Position numbers and translations under genes: made by a program. The notes beneath the pieces were generated by a model, which saw nothing but the letters and a program-made list of their open reading frames with translations, ran no database searches and was not told the origin of the DNA. 52,888 bases of DNA. Origin: Gemmatimonadaceae bacterium. Lineage in GTDB: Bacteria; Gemmatimonadota; Gemmatimonadetes; Gemmatimonadales; Gemmatimonadaceae. The DNA lies in the NCBI GenBank assembly GCA_036393555.1, contig DASWGU010000093.1, positions 1 to 52,888 on the forward strand. Direction: 5' to 3'. The stretch's first letter is position 1, and every line of letters begins with the position of its first letter. Positions 8,456 through 18,100 of this stretch are shown here, in pieces.

Positions 8456-10417
8456 TCAGTCCGTGCGCATCGGGATATCGACCGTGGCTTCTCCCAGAGA
8501 AACCGGCCAGCGCACCAGGTACGAAACGCCCTGCATCGTCCGGTCCAGCCCGCGCTCCGACTTGGCCACCGTCTCGATCGGATGCTCCCACACCTCGGAC
8601 TCCGGACTCGGGATCAGCGCATGCGAACGCGACAGCGACACTTCGGTCGTGAACCAGGCATTCCCGGGGAAGGTCAACGCGTGCCAGGTGAAGTTCGCTC
8701 GCACCGTGCCGTCGGGGAAGAAGGTCAGCCGCTTCGTGATCCAGCCGTCGGGTGACGCGAGGGCGACCTCGACCGATTCCGCATCGCGCCGCACCCGGGC
8801 TGTCAGGTGGAGCCGCGCTGTGGACGCCAGCGGTTCGTAGAGACCGCGCTCGTAGTTCGCGAGCGTCACCGAGGCGGGCAGCACGCGTTCGATGAACAGC
8901 GCGCGGTCATCCAGATCAATCGGGGGCATATCGCCCAGGCTCAGGGAATGCTCCATGTCATGGATGCTCGGCGCCGACCCTTCCGCCATGATGGCGACAG
9001 ACGACGCCCGGACATTGGCCGCCCTTACGGATGCTTCGCGGTGGGCGATCTCGTGATACGCTTCGCGCCGCCGTGTCAGGGTATCCGCCAGGTTCTCGGC
9101 CAGCGCAAACCGGGTGAGCTCCTCGACCGCGCCACCGCGCGCCGGGCTCACCAGCGCCGAGAATGCGGCGGAGTGCACCCAGATCTCGTCGTGTCCATCC
9201 CAGTCGCGGTCCAGCGTCTCCACCTCCAGGCCTTCGGTCGCCCGCAACTCCTCCTCCGCGACCGAGAGGTTCCGCCAGATTTCCGCGCGCAGGAACGGCA
9301 GGTACAGGCCGCCGAAGACGCCATGCCAGTACGCATCGTTGCACTGCGCCTTTCCGATGGCACGTCGTGCGGCGGGCGGGTCACCGCGGTGCCGGCACAA
9401 TTCCGACAGCACCAGCATCTTCTTGTGCATGCGGTTCGACTCGGCGTACTTCACCTGGAAGTTCCGCCAGTGCGCGCCGCGTACGAGGGCACCATCCACG
9501 TCCTTGAGGCGGGCGTCGCCCAGCTCCTCCTGGAGCGCGATGAAACGAAGGGCGGCGGCAGTGGGGAGCGACCAGCCCTCCATCTCGCGATAGCTCCCCG
9601 TGGGCAGATAGGCGAGACCGCCGCTGGGCACGTTTGCCAGCGCGTCGTCAAACCGGGAGAGAATCACCTCGCCGCTCTCGATGACTCCACGCATGGCGGC
9701 GAAAAACCGGTCGATCCATCCCTTCTCGTAGACCCATTCCCGCGTGCCGGGCCACCCACCGAACTTCTCACCGTCGTCGGCCAGGACCGCCAGCGGCTTC
9801 CCCTCGGCGCGCAGCCACCGCAGATACGCCACCGTGTCGTCGGGAGACTGAAACGGGATCAGGTACCGCAACCGCTCATCGATGGGGAAGAGCGCGAGGC
9901 TCTTGCCATCGTGCTCCGTGCGATAGGGCGCGTGCAGTGCTTCCCGAGGAAACCCGCTGGCGAGAAAATGGCGATCGTCGACCAGCGCGAACCGCACGCC
10001 GGCGTCGTGCAGGTCGGCGGCGAGATCCGGCTCCCACACCCGCTCGGTGAGCCACAGGCCGGTTGCTTCCGCGCCCAGTCGGTCGCGCAACGAGTCCCGC
10101 ATCCACGCGATCTGCGTCAGGCGATCCGCCCTGGGGAGTGAGGCGAGGATGGGCTCGTAGAACCCGGCGAGCAGCAGTTCCACTCGTCCGTCGCTGGCCA
10201 GGTCGGCGATGTCGTCCAGTATCGCCGGATCGTGCTGGTCGAACCATTCGATGAGCGGACCGGAGACGTGGAGTGTCACCGGGAAGAACCGCTGCTTCCG
10301 GACGTGCTCGAGGAACGGCCGATACACCTCGCGGACGTGCTGTTCGAAGACGTAGCCGAAGTTTCCCACGGGCTGGTGGAGATGCAGCCCGAAACAGAAG
10401 CGGATGGGGGAACTCAT
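8456..10417 (-). CDS. GH57 family alpha-amylase/4-alpha-glucanotransferase-like enzyme
   Basis: MSSPIRFCFGLHLHQPVGNF..., GH57 nucleophile region GLWLTERVWEP and acid/base region ADDGEKFGGWPG. It is about 650 aa, like the long GH57 glucanotransferases. ATG 10417 forms an ATGA overlap with the upstream stop at 10414. Confidence 0.85.
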   Translation of the reverse strand: MSSPIRFCFGLHLHQPVGNFGYVFEQHVREVYRPFLEHVRKQRFFPVTLHVSGPLIEWFDQHDPAILDDIADLASDGRVELLLAGFYEPILASLPRADRLTQIAWMRDSLRDRLGAEATGLWLTERVWEPDLAADLHDAGVRFALVDDRHFLASGFPREALHAPYRTEHDGKSLALFPIDERLRYLIPFQSPDDTVAYLRWLRAEGKPLAVLADDGEKFGGWPGTREWVYEKGWIDRFFAAMRGVIESGEVILSRFDDALANVPSGGLAYLPTGSYREMEGWSLPTAAALRFIALQEELGDARLKDVDGALVRGAHWRNFQVKYAESNRMHKKMLVLSELCRHRGDPPAARRAIGKAQCNDAYWHGVFGGLYLPFLRAEIWRNLSVAEEELRATEGLEVETLDRDWDGHDEIWVHSAAFSALVSPARGGAVEELTRFALAENLADTLTRRREAYHEIAHREASVRAANVRASSVAIMAEGSAPSIHDMEHSLSLGDMPPIDLDDRALFIERVLPASVTLANYERGLYEPLASTARLHLTARVRRDAESVEVALASPDGWITKRLTFFPDGTVRANFTWHALTFPGNAWFTTEVSLSRSHALIPSPESEVWEHPIETVAKSERGLDRTMQGVSYLVRWPVSLGEATVDIPMRTD

Positions 10418-12549
10418 CCGTTGACTCCATCGCCAGGTGACTGATCCGCAGCGAACCCGAGCCGGTGATGCAGCAGACGCAGCTGGTCCCGCCGGTCTTC
10501 CGGTGCCGCGCGCCATATGCGCCAGAAGGCCGATTGGGCGTCGAACGGCGTGCGAGCCTCGAACTGCTCGAACAGGTCGATGAGATCGGACGCCAGGCCG
10601 ATCGCCACGGGGTCTTCGTCCACCTCGAGCTTCTCGACGGCCCGGATGAGCGCCACGCGGAGGAGCCCACCCATGCTCGCCGCTCCGGACGTCAACTGGT
10701 CCAGCTCATCACGGTTGAGACATTGCGGCAGCAGAGCCCTCCGCAGTACCGCGCGAATGGCGAGGCGGGGGCGCTCCGGGAGATCGGCCAGGGCCAGCGT
10801 CTGCAGACTCCCGTTCGTTCCGACGAGCTCGACCCGCAGGTCCGTCGCCGTCCGGCGGGACACCTTCCATCTGAAGTCATGCCGTCTGCCCGTGCGCCGC
10901 TCTACCACTCGCACCCAATCGTCGTCGATCTCGATGGTGGCAGACGAAAACCGTTTCCGCTCGGTAGGCGCCACGGCACGCGCCGCGACCGCAGCCGCGG
11001 CGTGACGGAGCGCCGCGGGGATCATTGGCCGGACGCTCCGTTCGTATACGTCGCGCCCGGTACCGATCACCGGGTCGTTGCTATCGGCCAGTTGCAGCTC
11101 CGACAGCAGCGCGGCCTCGGCGGCGCGTGCGCCGGCACCGGCCAGCGAAATTGCCCGTGCGGCGTACCGGAGATCCTGCCGCGGCTCGATGCCCCCGATG
11201 TCGTCGAAGAACCAGCCGCAGGACGTGAACATGCGGAGGGCGTCGCGTTCCATCTCCAGCAGCTCGCGGGCGCGGATCAGGTCGTCGTCGTCACGGGCGG
11301 CCGTGGCAACGGACCGGACATAGCGTTCGAGTTCCACCGGTTCCGACGCAACGGCCGAACCATATCCGTCGCGCGCCGACCAGGGATCGGGAATGAGCGC
11401 CGGGGCCTCCCGCTCGTACAAGTCGTGCAGCGAGCTGGCCAGCTTCTCCAGTCCCCGTCGCAGCGGCGCCCGCCACGACTGCGATGGAAAGCGCTGCCCG
11501 TCAATGCGGCAGCCGCAGTCGCGCAACCAGCGCCCCACGCCGTGTGCGCAGCTCCACGACGTGGCGTCGATGAGTTTCACTTCGTCGGTTGGCGGGTTGC
11601 GAGCAAGGAAGGAGGCGAAGCTCTCCAGACGTGCACCGGCGGTTCGCAAATCATACAGCGCTCTCGCCAGCGCCATTTCGCCGAAGCGGTGATGGTGACC
11701 GTACGATTCACCGTCGGTGGCCACGGCGACGAGCGTGTCGGATGTCTGCGCGCTGGCGGCAACAGAATGCGGAGTTGACGGCATCGACCGGACGCGCGTG
11801 GGCGTCTGCGGCACCGCGCCAGCCGTTGTCGAACCGGTCGCCGACAGTTCGGCGCCGGCCTCGGCGAGCTGTCGGGCCCATGTCATGCCGTCGTGCAGCG
11901 CTCCTCCAAACGCCACGGCGTGGGACAGGTCGCCGTCGTACACGCACAGGGCGATCGATCTGCCGCTGGACAGATGGCAGATGCCGGGTCGTCCGCGTGG
12001 CGGGCTCTGGATCACCTGATGCGGCGCCACGATGGTGAACCGGATGCCTTCCTCAGCCAGGACCTCGAGGGTCTCGCTGTCGACTGCGGTCTCGGGGAGC
12101 CACATCCCGGCAGGCTCACGACGGAACCGGCGCCGGAAGTCGGCGATACCCCACCGTACTTCGGTCCGCTTGTCGCGCAAAGTGGCAAGGGGGAGGATGG
12201 AGTGGTGATACGGCTGTGCGATGGCGTTTCCGTGTCCGCCAAGTCGTTCCGCGCTGACGTGATCGGCGGCGAGGATGGCCTCGTAGGTAGGTCGGGCTTC
12301 GCGTTCCATCCACTCGAGCAGGGTGGGGCCGACGTCGAATGAAATCCACTCCAGCGTGTTGACCAGTCGCTGAATGCGACCGTCCCGACCCGATACGCGT
12401 GCCGCGACAACCGCCCGGTAGCACTCCCGCTCGATGCGCTGGTTCCAGTCGTGAAACGGCGCCGCCGAAGGTTCGGCCTCCACGTCGTCGAGGAAGGGAT
12501 CCTCACGCGGCGGCTGGTAAAAGTGGCCGTGGATGATGACTGACAGCAC
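10414..12549 (-). CDS. GH57 family protein of the DUF3536-containing type
   Basis: VLSVIIHGHFYQPPREDPF..., with GMWLPETAV and ATDGESYGHHHRFGE GH57 regions and a long C-terminal domain. GTG 12549 lies 1 nt after the upstream TAA (12551-12553). Confidence 0.85.
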   Translation of the reverse strand: MLSVIIHGHFYQPPREDPFLDDVEAEPSAAPFHDWNQRIERECYRAVVAARVSGRDGRIQRLVNTLEWISFDVGPTLLEWMEREARPTYEAILAADHVSAERLGGHGNAIAQPYHHSILPLATLRDKRTEVRWGIADFRRRFRREPAGMWLPETAVDSETLEVLAEEGIRFTIVAPHQVIQSPPRGRPGICHLSSGRSIALCVYDGDLSHAVAFGGALHDGMTWARQLAEAGAELSATGSTTAGAVPQTPTRVRSMPSTPHSVAASAQTSDTLVAVATDGESYGHHHRFGEMALARALYDLRTAGARLESFASFLARNPPTDEVKLIDATSWSCAHGVGRWLRDCGCRIDGQRFPSQSWRAPLRRGLEKLASSLHDLYEREAPALIPDPWSARDGYGSAVASEPVELERYVRSVATAARDDDDLIRARELLEMERDALRMFTSCGWFFDDIGGIEPRQDLRYAARAISLAGAGARAAEAALLSELQLADSNDPVIGTGRDVYERSVRPMIPAALRHAAAAVAARAVAPTERKRFSSATIEIDDDWVRVVERRTGRRHDFRWKVSRRTATDLRVELVGTNGSLQTLALADLPERPRLAIRAVLRRALLPQCLNRDELDQLTSGAASMGGLLRVALIRAVEKLEVDEDPVAIGLASDLIDLFEQFEARTPFDAQSAFWRIWRAAPEDRRDQLRLLHHRLGFAADQSPGDGVNG

Positions 12550-12550
12550 G

Positions 12551-14233
12551 TTAGGTGCGGACGAGTGCCTTGGCGATCGATGGCACGATTTCCCGAAACA
12601 CATCGTCGCGCCGTTGCTGCTCGCGTGCCATCCGGACGCCGCCATCGACGTCGCCGCCGTTCAGCGCGGCCTCCAGCGCGTCCATCAACGCGGTCGCATC
12701 CCTGGCGTGACCGTTGAATCGCCGGATGGCATAGTCCTCCACCTCACCGGTCGATATGATGAACTGCCAGTCCGACGATTGCAGCAGCAGCATGGCTCGC
12801 GCTGCCTGGGATAGGATTTCGTGGACCCGATCGTCCGCCAGGGCGCGGGTCGCCAGCGACCAGAATCGGTCCTCCACGCCCCAGATCACCGGCCAGGTCC
12901 ACTCGACCTGATCGCTCAGCCACATGGAATAGTCGCCGTTGCGACCCCAGGAGCCCGGCGCCAGACGCAAGCCGGTGGGTGAGCCGTGTGCGTCGAGATG
13001 GCTCGCCGCCGTCGTGGCACGCAGCCGCGCCAGGGAGGGGAGCCGGGCGTATACGTCGCCCAGAAAGTCCGGGCCCTCGAACCACCAATGCCCGAACAGC
13101 TCCGTGTCGAAGGGCGCGACGATGACGTTACCTCCCTGCGCCAGCTGCTCCTCGGCGATCCGATCCATGAGATGTGCGAAGTGCGACGCGTGCGCGTTCG
13201 CGTCCCACCGCGCGGTGTCGTAGTCATACGGTTTCTTGTCGCCCAGGTCGGTGCCCGGGGCGCTCACCCGCCAGAGCTTGAGTCCACCCGGCCACCGGAT
13301 CTTGTGAAACTCGAGGTAGGATGCCGCGCCGGGGTACCCGCCGTGGCGGCTCCACACCTGCATCGAGGATCGCGGATCGCGCACCAGCGCCGCGACGTCC
13401 CGTGGTGCGCTGGCGTCGGTCACCCGGTACGCCACGTACGGCGTGTGCGTGGCCGGGCGCTCGCGCTCCCTGCCGGCCAGCCGTTCCGCCTCTCCCCCGA
13501 ACAGTTCACCGTACACGCCGAGAGGGCTCCCGGCGCGCGCCATGTGGGAGTCCACGAAGAAATAGCGGAATCCGGCCCAGGCCACGTGGGTCTCGATCCC
13601 GTGGCGATCTGCGGCCTCGCCGGCACCGGGAATCGGCATCCACCTGCCCGCTGGCCGGTAGGCGCACTCGGGAATCCAGCACCCCTGGGGGTCGCGCCCG
13701 AACATGCGGCGGTGCTCCGAAGCGCCCAATGCCAGTTGGAGGCGGATGCTCTCGTCACGCTGCAGCAGCGGCAGGAACGCGTGCGTGGCGCTGGAGGAGG
13801 TGATTTCCAGTCGCCCCGCGTCCTGCAGGCGCCGGAACTCCGCGGGGATGGCCCGTCCGATCTCCTGAAAGGCGAGCCGCAGCCGGACCAGGCGCGAGCG
13901 CCAGAACTCCACCAGCGGCATGAGATGTCCGTCGCCGGTCGACGCCAGCGAGGCCGGCGCCTCGTCGCAGAAACCAAGCCGCTGGTCGAAGTACGCTTCG
14001 AGTTCTTCCACGAAAGAAGGATGCTCGAGCTGGTTTGCCAGGATCGGCGTGAAGCCGATGGTGACCGGCGCCGCGACGTTCATGGCCTCCAGCGCCCGGA
14101 ATTTCTCCAGGAGCGGAAGGTACGTGTCGATCGCTGCCTCGCAGATCCAGTCGCTGCCGTGCGGCCACCGGCCGTGGTTGAGGACATACGGCAAGTGGCT
14201 GTGGAGCATCACCACCACGTCAATCTGGCGCAT
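12551..14233 (-). CDS. GH57-type 1,4-alpha-glucan branching enzyme
   Basis: MRQIDVVVMLHSHLPYVLNHGRWPHG..., with ATHAFLPLL, GCWIPECAYRP and APFDTELFGHWWFEG, as in Thermus/Thermococcus GH57 branching enzymes. ATG 14233 lies 4 nt after the glgA stop. Confidence 0.85.
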   Translation of the reverse strand: MRQIDVVVMLHSHLPYVLNHGRWPHGSDWICEAAIDTYLPLLEKFRALEAMNVAAPVTIGFTPILANQLEHPSFVEELEAYFDQRLGFCDEAPASLASTGDGHLMPLVEFWRSRLVRLRLAFQEIGRAIPAEFRRLQDAGRLEITSSSATHAFLPLLQRDESIRLQLALGASEHRRMFGRDPQGCWIPECAYRPAGRWMPIPGAGEAADRHGIETHVAWAGFRYFFVDSHMARAGSPLGVYGELFGGEAERLAGRERERPATHTPYVAYRVTDASAPRDVAALVRDPRSSMQVWSRHGGYPGAASYLEFHKIRWPGGLKLWRVSAPGTDLGDKKPYDYDTARWDANAHASHFAHLMDRIAEEQLAQGGNVIVAPFDTELFGHWWFEGPDFLGDVYARLPSLARLRATTAASHLDAHGSPTGLRLAPGSWGRNGDYSMWLSDQVEWTWPVIWGVEDRFWSLATRALADDRVHEILSQAARAMLLLQSSDWQFIISTGEVEDYAIRRFNGHARDATALMDALEAALNGGDVDGGVRMAREQQRRDDVFREIVPSIAKALVRT

Positions 14234-14237
14234 GGCA

Positions 14238-15830
14238 CTAACGGCGTAGACGGGGCGACGCCAACACGCGCCGGTACACTTCGCGGTACTTCTGCTCGGA
14301 GCGTTCCCACCCGAAGTCGCGTGACATGGCCTCGTGCTGCATCTGCACCCAGACGTCGGGATGCTGGTAGTGATCGATCGCGCGGATGCACGCTGCCAGG
14401 AACTCGTTCGTGGTGAACCCGTCGAAGAGGAATCCCGTGACGCCATCCTCGATCGTGTCGGCCAGACCGCCGACTCTGCGCGCCACCGGCAGAGCGCCGT
14501 AGCGCTGCGCGCGCATCTGGGTGAGCCCGCAGGGCTCGTACTGCGACGGCATGATGATCATGTCGGCGCCAGCCATGAGCCGGTGCTCCTGCTTGGTCGT
14601 GAAGTTGGTCTGCACGCCTATCCGGCCCGGCGCACGAAGCGCCAGCTCGGTCAGGATATCCACGTACTTCTTCTCACCCTGCCCCAGGAACAGGAACTGG
14701 GCGTCCAGCGACAGGAAGCGCGGGCTGCCCAGGATGAGGTCCAGCCCCTTCTGGTAGACCATGCGTGCGCTCATGCCGAAAATCGGTACGCGCGATCGCT
14801 GCGGCAGACCGAAGACTCGTTGCAGGGCCGCCTTGCATCGCTTTTTGCCCGACAGGTCGTCCCGCGTGTACCGGGCCGTGATGATCGGGTCCGTCACCGG
14901 ATTCCAGACGCTCTGGTCAATGCCGTTGACGATGCCGACAAAGCGGTCCCGCAGCGCCAGGAACGCCTCGTGCAGACCGAAGCCGCCGGCCGCGGTCCGT
15001 AACTCGTGCGCGTGCGACGGACTCACGGTGGTCACCGCGTCCGCCAGTGCCATGCCGCCCTTCAGCAGGTTGACGCGCCCGTACCACTCCAGTTGCGCGA
15101 AGTTGTACAGCTCCAGCGGCAGGCCGAGTTCCGAAATCACGTCGGTCGGGAAGTGGCCCTGGAAACCCGCGTTATGCACGGTCAGGACGCAGGTGGTGCG
15201 GCGGAACAGGTCCCGGTCAGCCTCCCCGTCGTACGCGCGGAGATAGACCGGCGCCAGCGCCGTATGCCAGTCGTGCGCGTGCAGCAGGATGGGTGCGGTC
15301 GCGATCCGGGGCAGCGCGTTCAGCGCCGCGAGGCTGAAGAACGCGAAACGCCGGTGGTTGTCCTTGTAGTCGCCGCGGCTGTCACCGTAGATCTGATCGC
15401 GGCCGAAGTACGCGGCGTTGTGGACAAAGAGAATCCTCGGCCTGCCCTGCCTCGGGTTGTCGGCGAGCGCCCGGGACTCGTAGAGACACCCTTCCTCGAG
15501 CCGCGGACCCACCTGCACGGGGAATGGCTCCCCGACGGGCTGGAGATCGGTGACCACCTCAGCCGCCTGACGATACAACGGCATGATGATGATCACCTTC
15601 ATGCCCGTGCGTGCCTGGAAATGCGCCAGACTGGAGACCGCTTCGCCCAGTCCCCCGGTGCGCGCGAACGGGGCCAGTTCCGCAGCCAGGTGCACGACGG
15701 TGACCGGCTCGTTCGTGGTCGGCGCCAGCAGCGGATATGACCCCGGGGGGGCCGCCGCGACCGGCGCCGCGGCGGGTGAGGCCGGCGGCGTGGCCCGCCG
15801 CCGGCGCGTCTCCGTGCCGCGGTCGGTCAT
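14238..15830 (-). CDS. glgA: Glycogen/starch synthase (GT5) with ~43-aa Arg/Pro/Ala-rich N-terminal extension
   Basis: VTVVHLAAELAPFARTGGLGEAV (K/R-TGGL motif) and PSQYEPCGLTQMRAQRYGALPVARRVGGLADTI. ATG 15830 forms an ATGA overlap with the glgP stop. No canonical start codon lies closer to the conserved core. Confidence 0.9.
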   Translation of the reverse strand: MTDRGTETRRRRATPPASPAAAPVAAAPPGSYPLLAPTTNEPVTVVHLAAELAPFARTGGLGEAVSSLAHFQARTGMKVIIIMPLYRQAAEVVTDLQPVGEPFPVQVGPRLEEGCLYESRALADNPRQGRPRILFVHNAAYFGRDQIYGDSRGDYKDNHRRFAFFSLAALNALPRIATAPILLHAHDWHTALAPVYLRAYDGEADRDLFRRTTCVLTVHNAGFQGHFPTDVISELGLPLELYNFAQLEWYGRVNLLKGGMALADAVTTVSPSHAHELRTAAGGFGLHEAFLALRDRFVGIVNGIDQSVWNPVTDPIITARYTRDDLSGKKRCKAALQRVFGLPQRSRVPIFGMSARMVYQKGLDLILGSPRFLSLDAQFLFLGQGEKKYVDILTELALRAPGRIGVQTNFTTKQEHRLMAGADMIIMPSQYEPCGLTQMRAQRYGALPVARRVGGLADTIEDGVTGFLFDGFTTNEFLAACIRAIDHYQHPDVWVQMQHEAMSRDFGWERSEQKYREVYRRVLASPRLRR

Positions 15831-17986
15831 GCCACAGGTGGATCGTCCGGCCCGCCGTTCCCGCGCATCGCCGGATCGTAGGACTTGCGCACGTACTCCT
15901 CCAGCATTCGCCGGGCCGTGAACTGTTGTCCCGCCACGCGCAGTGCATGCTTCATCTTCTGCACCCACCCGGTGGGAATCCCCCGATCGTCCCGCGCGTA
16001 GAACGCCGGCACGACCTGTTCCTCCAGGAGCCGGTACAGCCGCTCCGCGTCCCATTCGTCCGGCGTTGCCCGCGTGGCAGATGGCGGTATGGCCCAGCCG
16101 TTCAGTCCTTCATAGCCCTCGTGCCACCATCCGTCCAGCGTCGACAAGTGCGGCACGCCATTCAGGGCGGCTTTCATCCCGCTGGTCCCGCTCGCCTCCA
16201 TCGGAACGCGAGGCAGGTTGAGCCAGAGATCCACGCCCTGCACCAGGCGGTGCGCCAGGTGAAGCTCGTAATCCTCCAGGAAAGCCACGCGGCCTTCCAG
16301 CCGGGCGTCGCGCGTGTTGCCGTACACGGATCGGAGAACCTCCTTGCCCGGTGTATCGGCCGGATGGGCCTTCCCGGCGAAGATGATCTGCACCGGTCGC
16401 ACGGGATCGACGAGAAGAGCACGGAGTCGGTCGAGATCCCGGAACATGAGGTCGGCGCGCTTGTAGGTCGCGAAGCGGCGCGCAAACCCGATGGTGAGCG
16501 CGTCGGGACTGAGCAGGGTCCCCGCCCCAACCACGTGCGTGGCCTCTCGCCAGTGCCTCGCCCAGCGGCGGCGCGCCTCTTCACGAATGAAGCTCATCAG
16601 CGCGGTCTTCAGCGCCGTGTGCGCCGCCCAGAGCGTGGCGTCGTCCAGGTCGCGGACGGGCTCCCAGGTCGCCGGATCCGTCATCCGATCCCACCAGTCT
16701 GAACCGAGATGCGCGTCGAGCAGGTCCGCGATCTCCCGCGCCATCCATGTCTCTGCGTGTACCCCGTTCGTGATCTGGCCAATGGGCACTCGGTCGGCGT
16801 CGCGATCGGGCCACAGGGGCGACCAGATCTGGCGAGAGACCTCACCATGACGCCGCGATACGCCATTCACGTGTCGCGAGAAGCGGAGCGCGGCAACTGT
16901 CATGTGGAAGTGCCCGGGCTCCTCGGTCGGGTGCGTCCCGATGTCGAAGAAGGTCTCCCGGCTGATGCCGAGTTCCTCCCACATCGGACCCGAGCAGCGC
17001 TCGAGATCCTCGAACGTGAACGTGTCATGGCCGGCTGGCACCGGCGTGTGCGTGGTGAACACGCTCCGGGCGCGTATCTCCCGCACCGCGTCGTCGAACG
17101 GCACTCCCTTCACGGTCAGCTCGCGCGCGCGCTCCACCATCATGAAGGCCGCGTGACCCTCGTTGGCATGCCACGCAGCGGGATTCACCCCGAGCACGCG
17201 CAACAGGCGCACGCCCCCCACACCCAGGATCCACTCCTGCTTGAGACGGACCTCCGGGCCCCCGATGTACAGTTTCGAGGTGAGATCGCGATCTTCGGCG
17301 TGATTCTGTTCCAGGTCGGTATCGAGAAGGTAGACCGGCACGCGGCCGACGAGCATGCGCCATGCGCCGATAAGGACCTCCCGCCCGTTTGTGGAAACCC
17401 GGGTCAGGTACTGCTCGCGACTGGGCCCCAGCACACGCTCCAGCGGCGCATTCACCACGTCGAACTGCTCGTCCGAGTCCTCCTGCCAGCCGTCCAACCG
17501 CAGCTTCTGGTCGAAGTACCCCCTCGTGTAGAACAGGCCCACGCCGACCAGCGGGATGCCGAGATCGGATGCGGCCTTGCAGTGATCGCCGGCCAGTACG
17601 CCCAGCCCTCCGGAGTAGATCGGCACCGAGTTGTGCAGGCCGAACTCGGCGCAGAAGTACGCCACCGGCCGCTCGCGCGGCAGGTCGGGATAGTTCGCCG
17701 AGAACCAGGTGGATTCCCACGCCAGTTCCGCCGCGTAGTCTGCCATCATGCGATCGTACGCGTCCAGAAATCCGGGATCGCGGGCGCAGTCACTGAGACG
17801 ACCCGGGTCGACGCGCCGCAGTATGGCGATCGGGTTGTGACGCGTCAGGTGCCACAGGGACTCGTCGAGCAGCTGGAAGACTCGGCGTGCCCCTCGCTTC
17901 CAGCTCCACGACACGTTGGTGGCGACTTCCGCCAGGCCCTCGATTCGCTCGGGCAGGTAGGGGATGCGATTGCGGTCAACGGGCAT
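15827..17986 (-). CDS. glgP: Alpha-glucan (maltodextrin/glycogen) phosphorylase, GT35
   Basis: 719 aa. AYFCAEFGLHNSVPIYSGGLGVLAGDHCKAASDLGIPLVGVGLFY and the PLP-lysine region EASGTSGMKAALNGV. ATG at 17986. Confidence 0.9.
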   Translation of the reverse strand: MPVDRNRIPYLPERIEGLAEVATNVSWSWKRGARRVFQLLDESLWHLTRHNPIAILRRVDPGRLSDCARDPGFLDAYDRMMADYAAELAWESTWFSANYPDLPRERPVAYFCAEFGLHNSVPIYSGGLGVLAGDHCKAASDLGIPLVGVGLFYTRGYFDQKLRLDGWQEDSDEQFDVVNAPLERVLGPSREQYLTRVSTNGREVLIGAWRMLVGRVPVYLLDTDLEQNHAEDRDLTSKLYIGGPEVRLKQEWILGVGGVRLLRVLGVNPAAWHANEGHAAFMMVERARELTVKGVPFDDAVREIRARSVFTTHTPVPAGHDTFTFEDLERCSGPMWEELGISRETFFDIGTHPTEEPGHFHMTVAALRFSRHVNGVSRRHGEVSRQIWSPLWPDRDADRVPIGQITNGVHAETWMAREIADLLDAHLGSDWWDRMTDPATWEPVRDLDDATLWAAHTALKTALMSFIREEARRRWARHWREATHVVGAGTLLSPDALTIGFARRFATYKRADLMFRDLDRLRALLVDPVRPVQIIFAGKAHPADTPGKEVLRSVYGNTRDARLEGRVAFLEDYELHLAHRLVQGVDLWLNLPRVPMEASGTSGMKAALNGVPHLSTLDGWWHEGYEGLNGWAIPPSATRATPDEWDAERLYRLLEEQVVPAFYARDDRGIPTGWVQKMKHALRVAGQQFTARRMLEEYVRKSYDPAMRGNGGPDDPPVA

Positions 17987-18023
17987 AGGGGCAGGAAATT
18001 AACCTGACAGCCGTTGTCGGAGG

Positions 18024-18100
18024 TCAGGTCAGAGAGGTCAGAAGTCGCCGCGGCTCATCAACCGCTGCAGGCGCGTCACCGGCCGGACTCTCTGACCTGA
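18024..18100. promoter_or_regulatory. 13-bp perfect inverted repeat (tcaggtcagagag / ctctctgacctga) with 51-nt spacer between actP stop and glgP start
   Basis: The arms are at 18024-18036 and 18088-18100, read directly. They are embedded in GGTCAG/CTGACC short repeats and lie 37 nt upstream of the glgP ATG. Confidence 0.5.

Noticed and set aside
8807-18007. Long plus-strand ORFs opposite the glucan operon (8807..10141, 10465..11778, 12986..14416, 15006..15740, 16709..18007).
   Set aside because: All lie antisense to genes with unmistakable GH57, GlgA or GlgP motifs. Their composition is low-complexity (R/P/G/A) with no family signatures. They are shadow ORFs.
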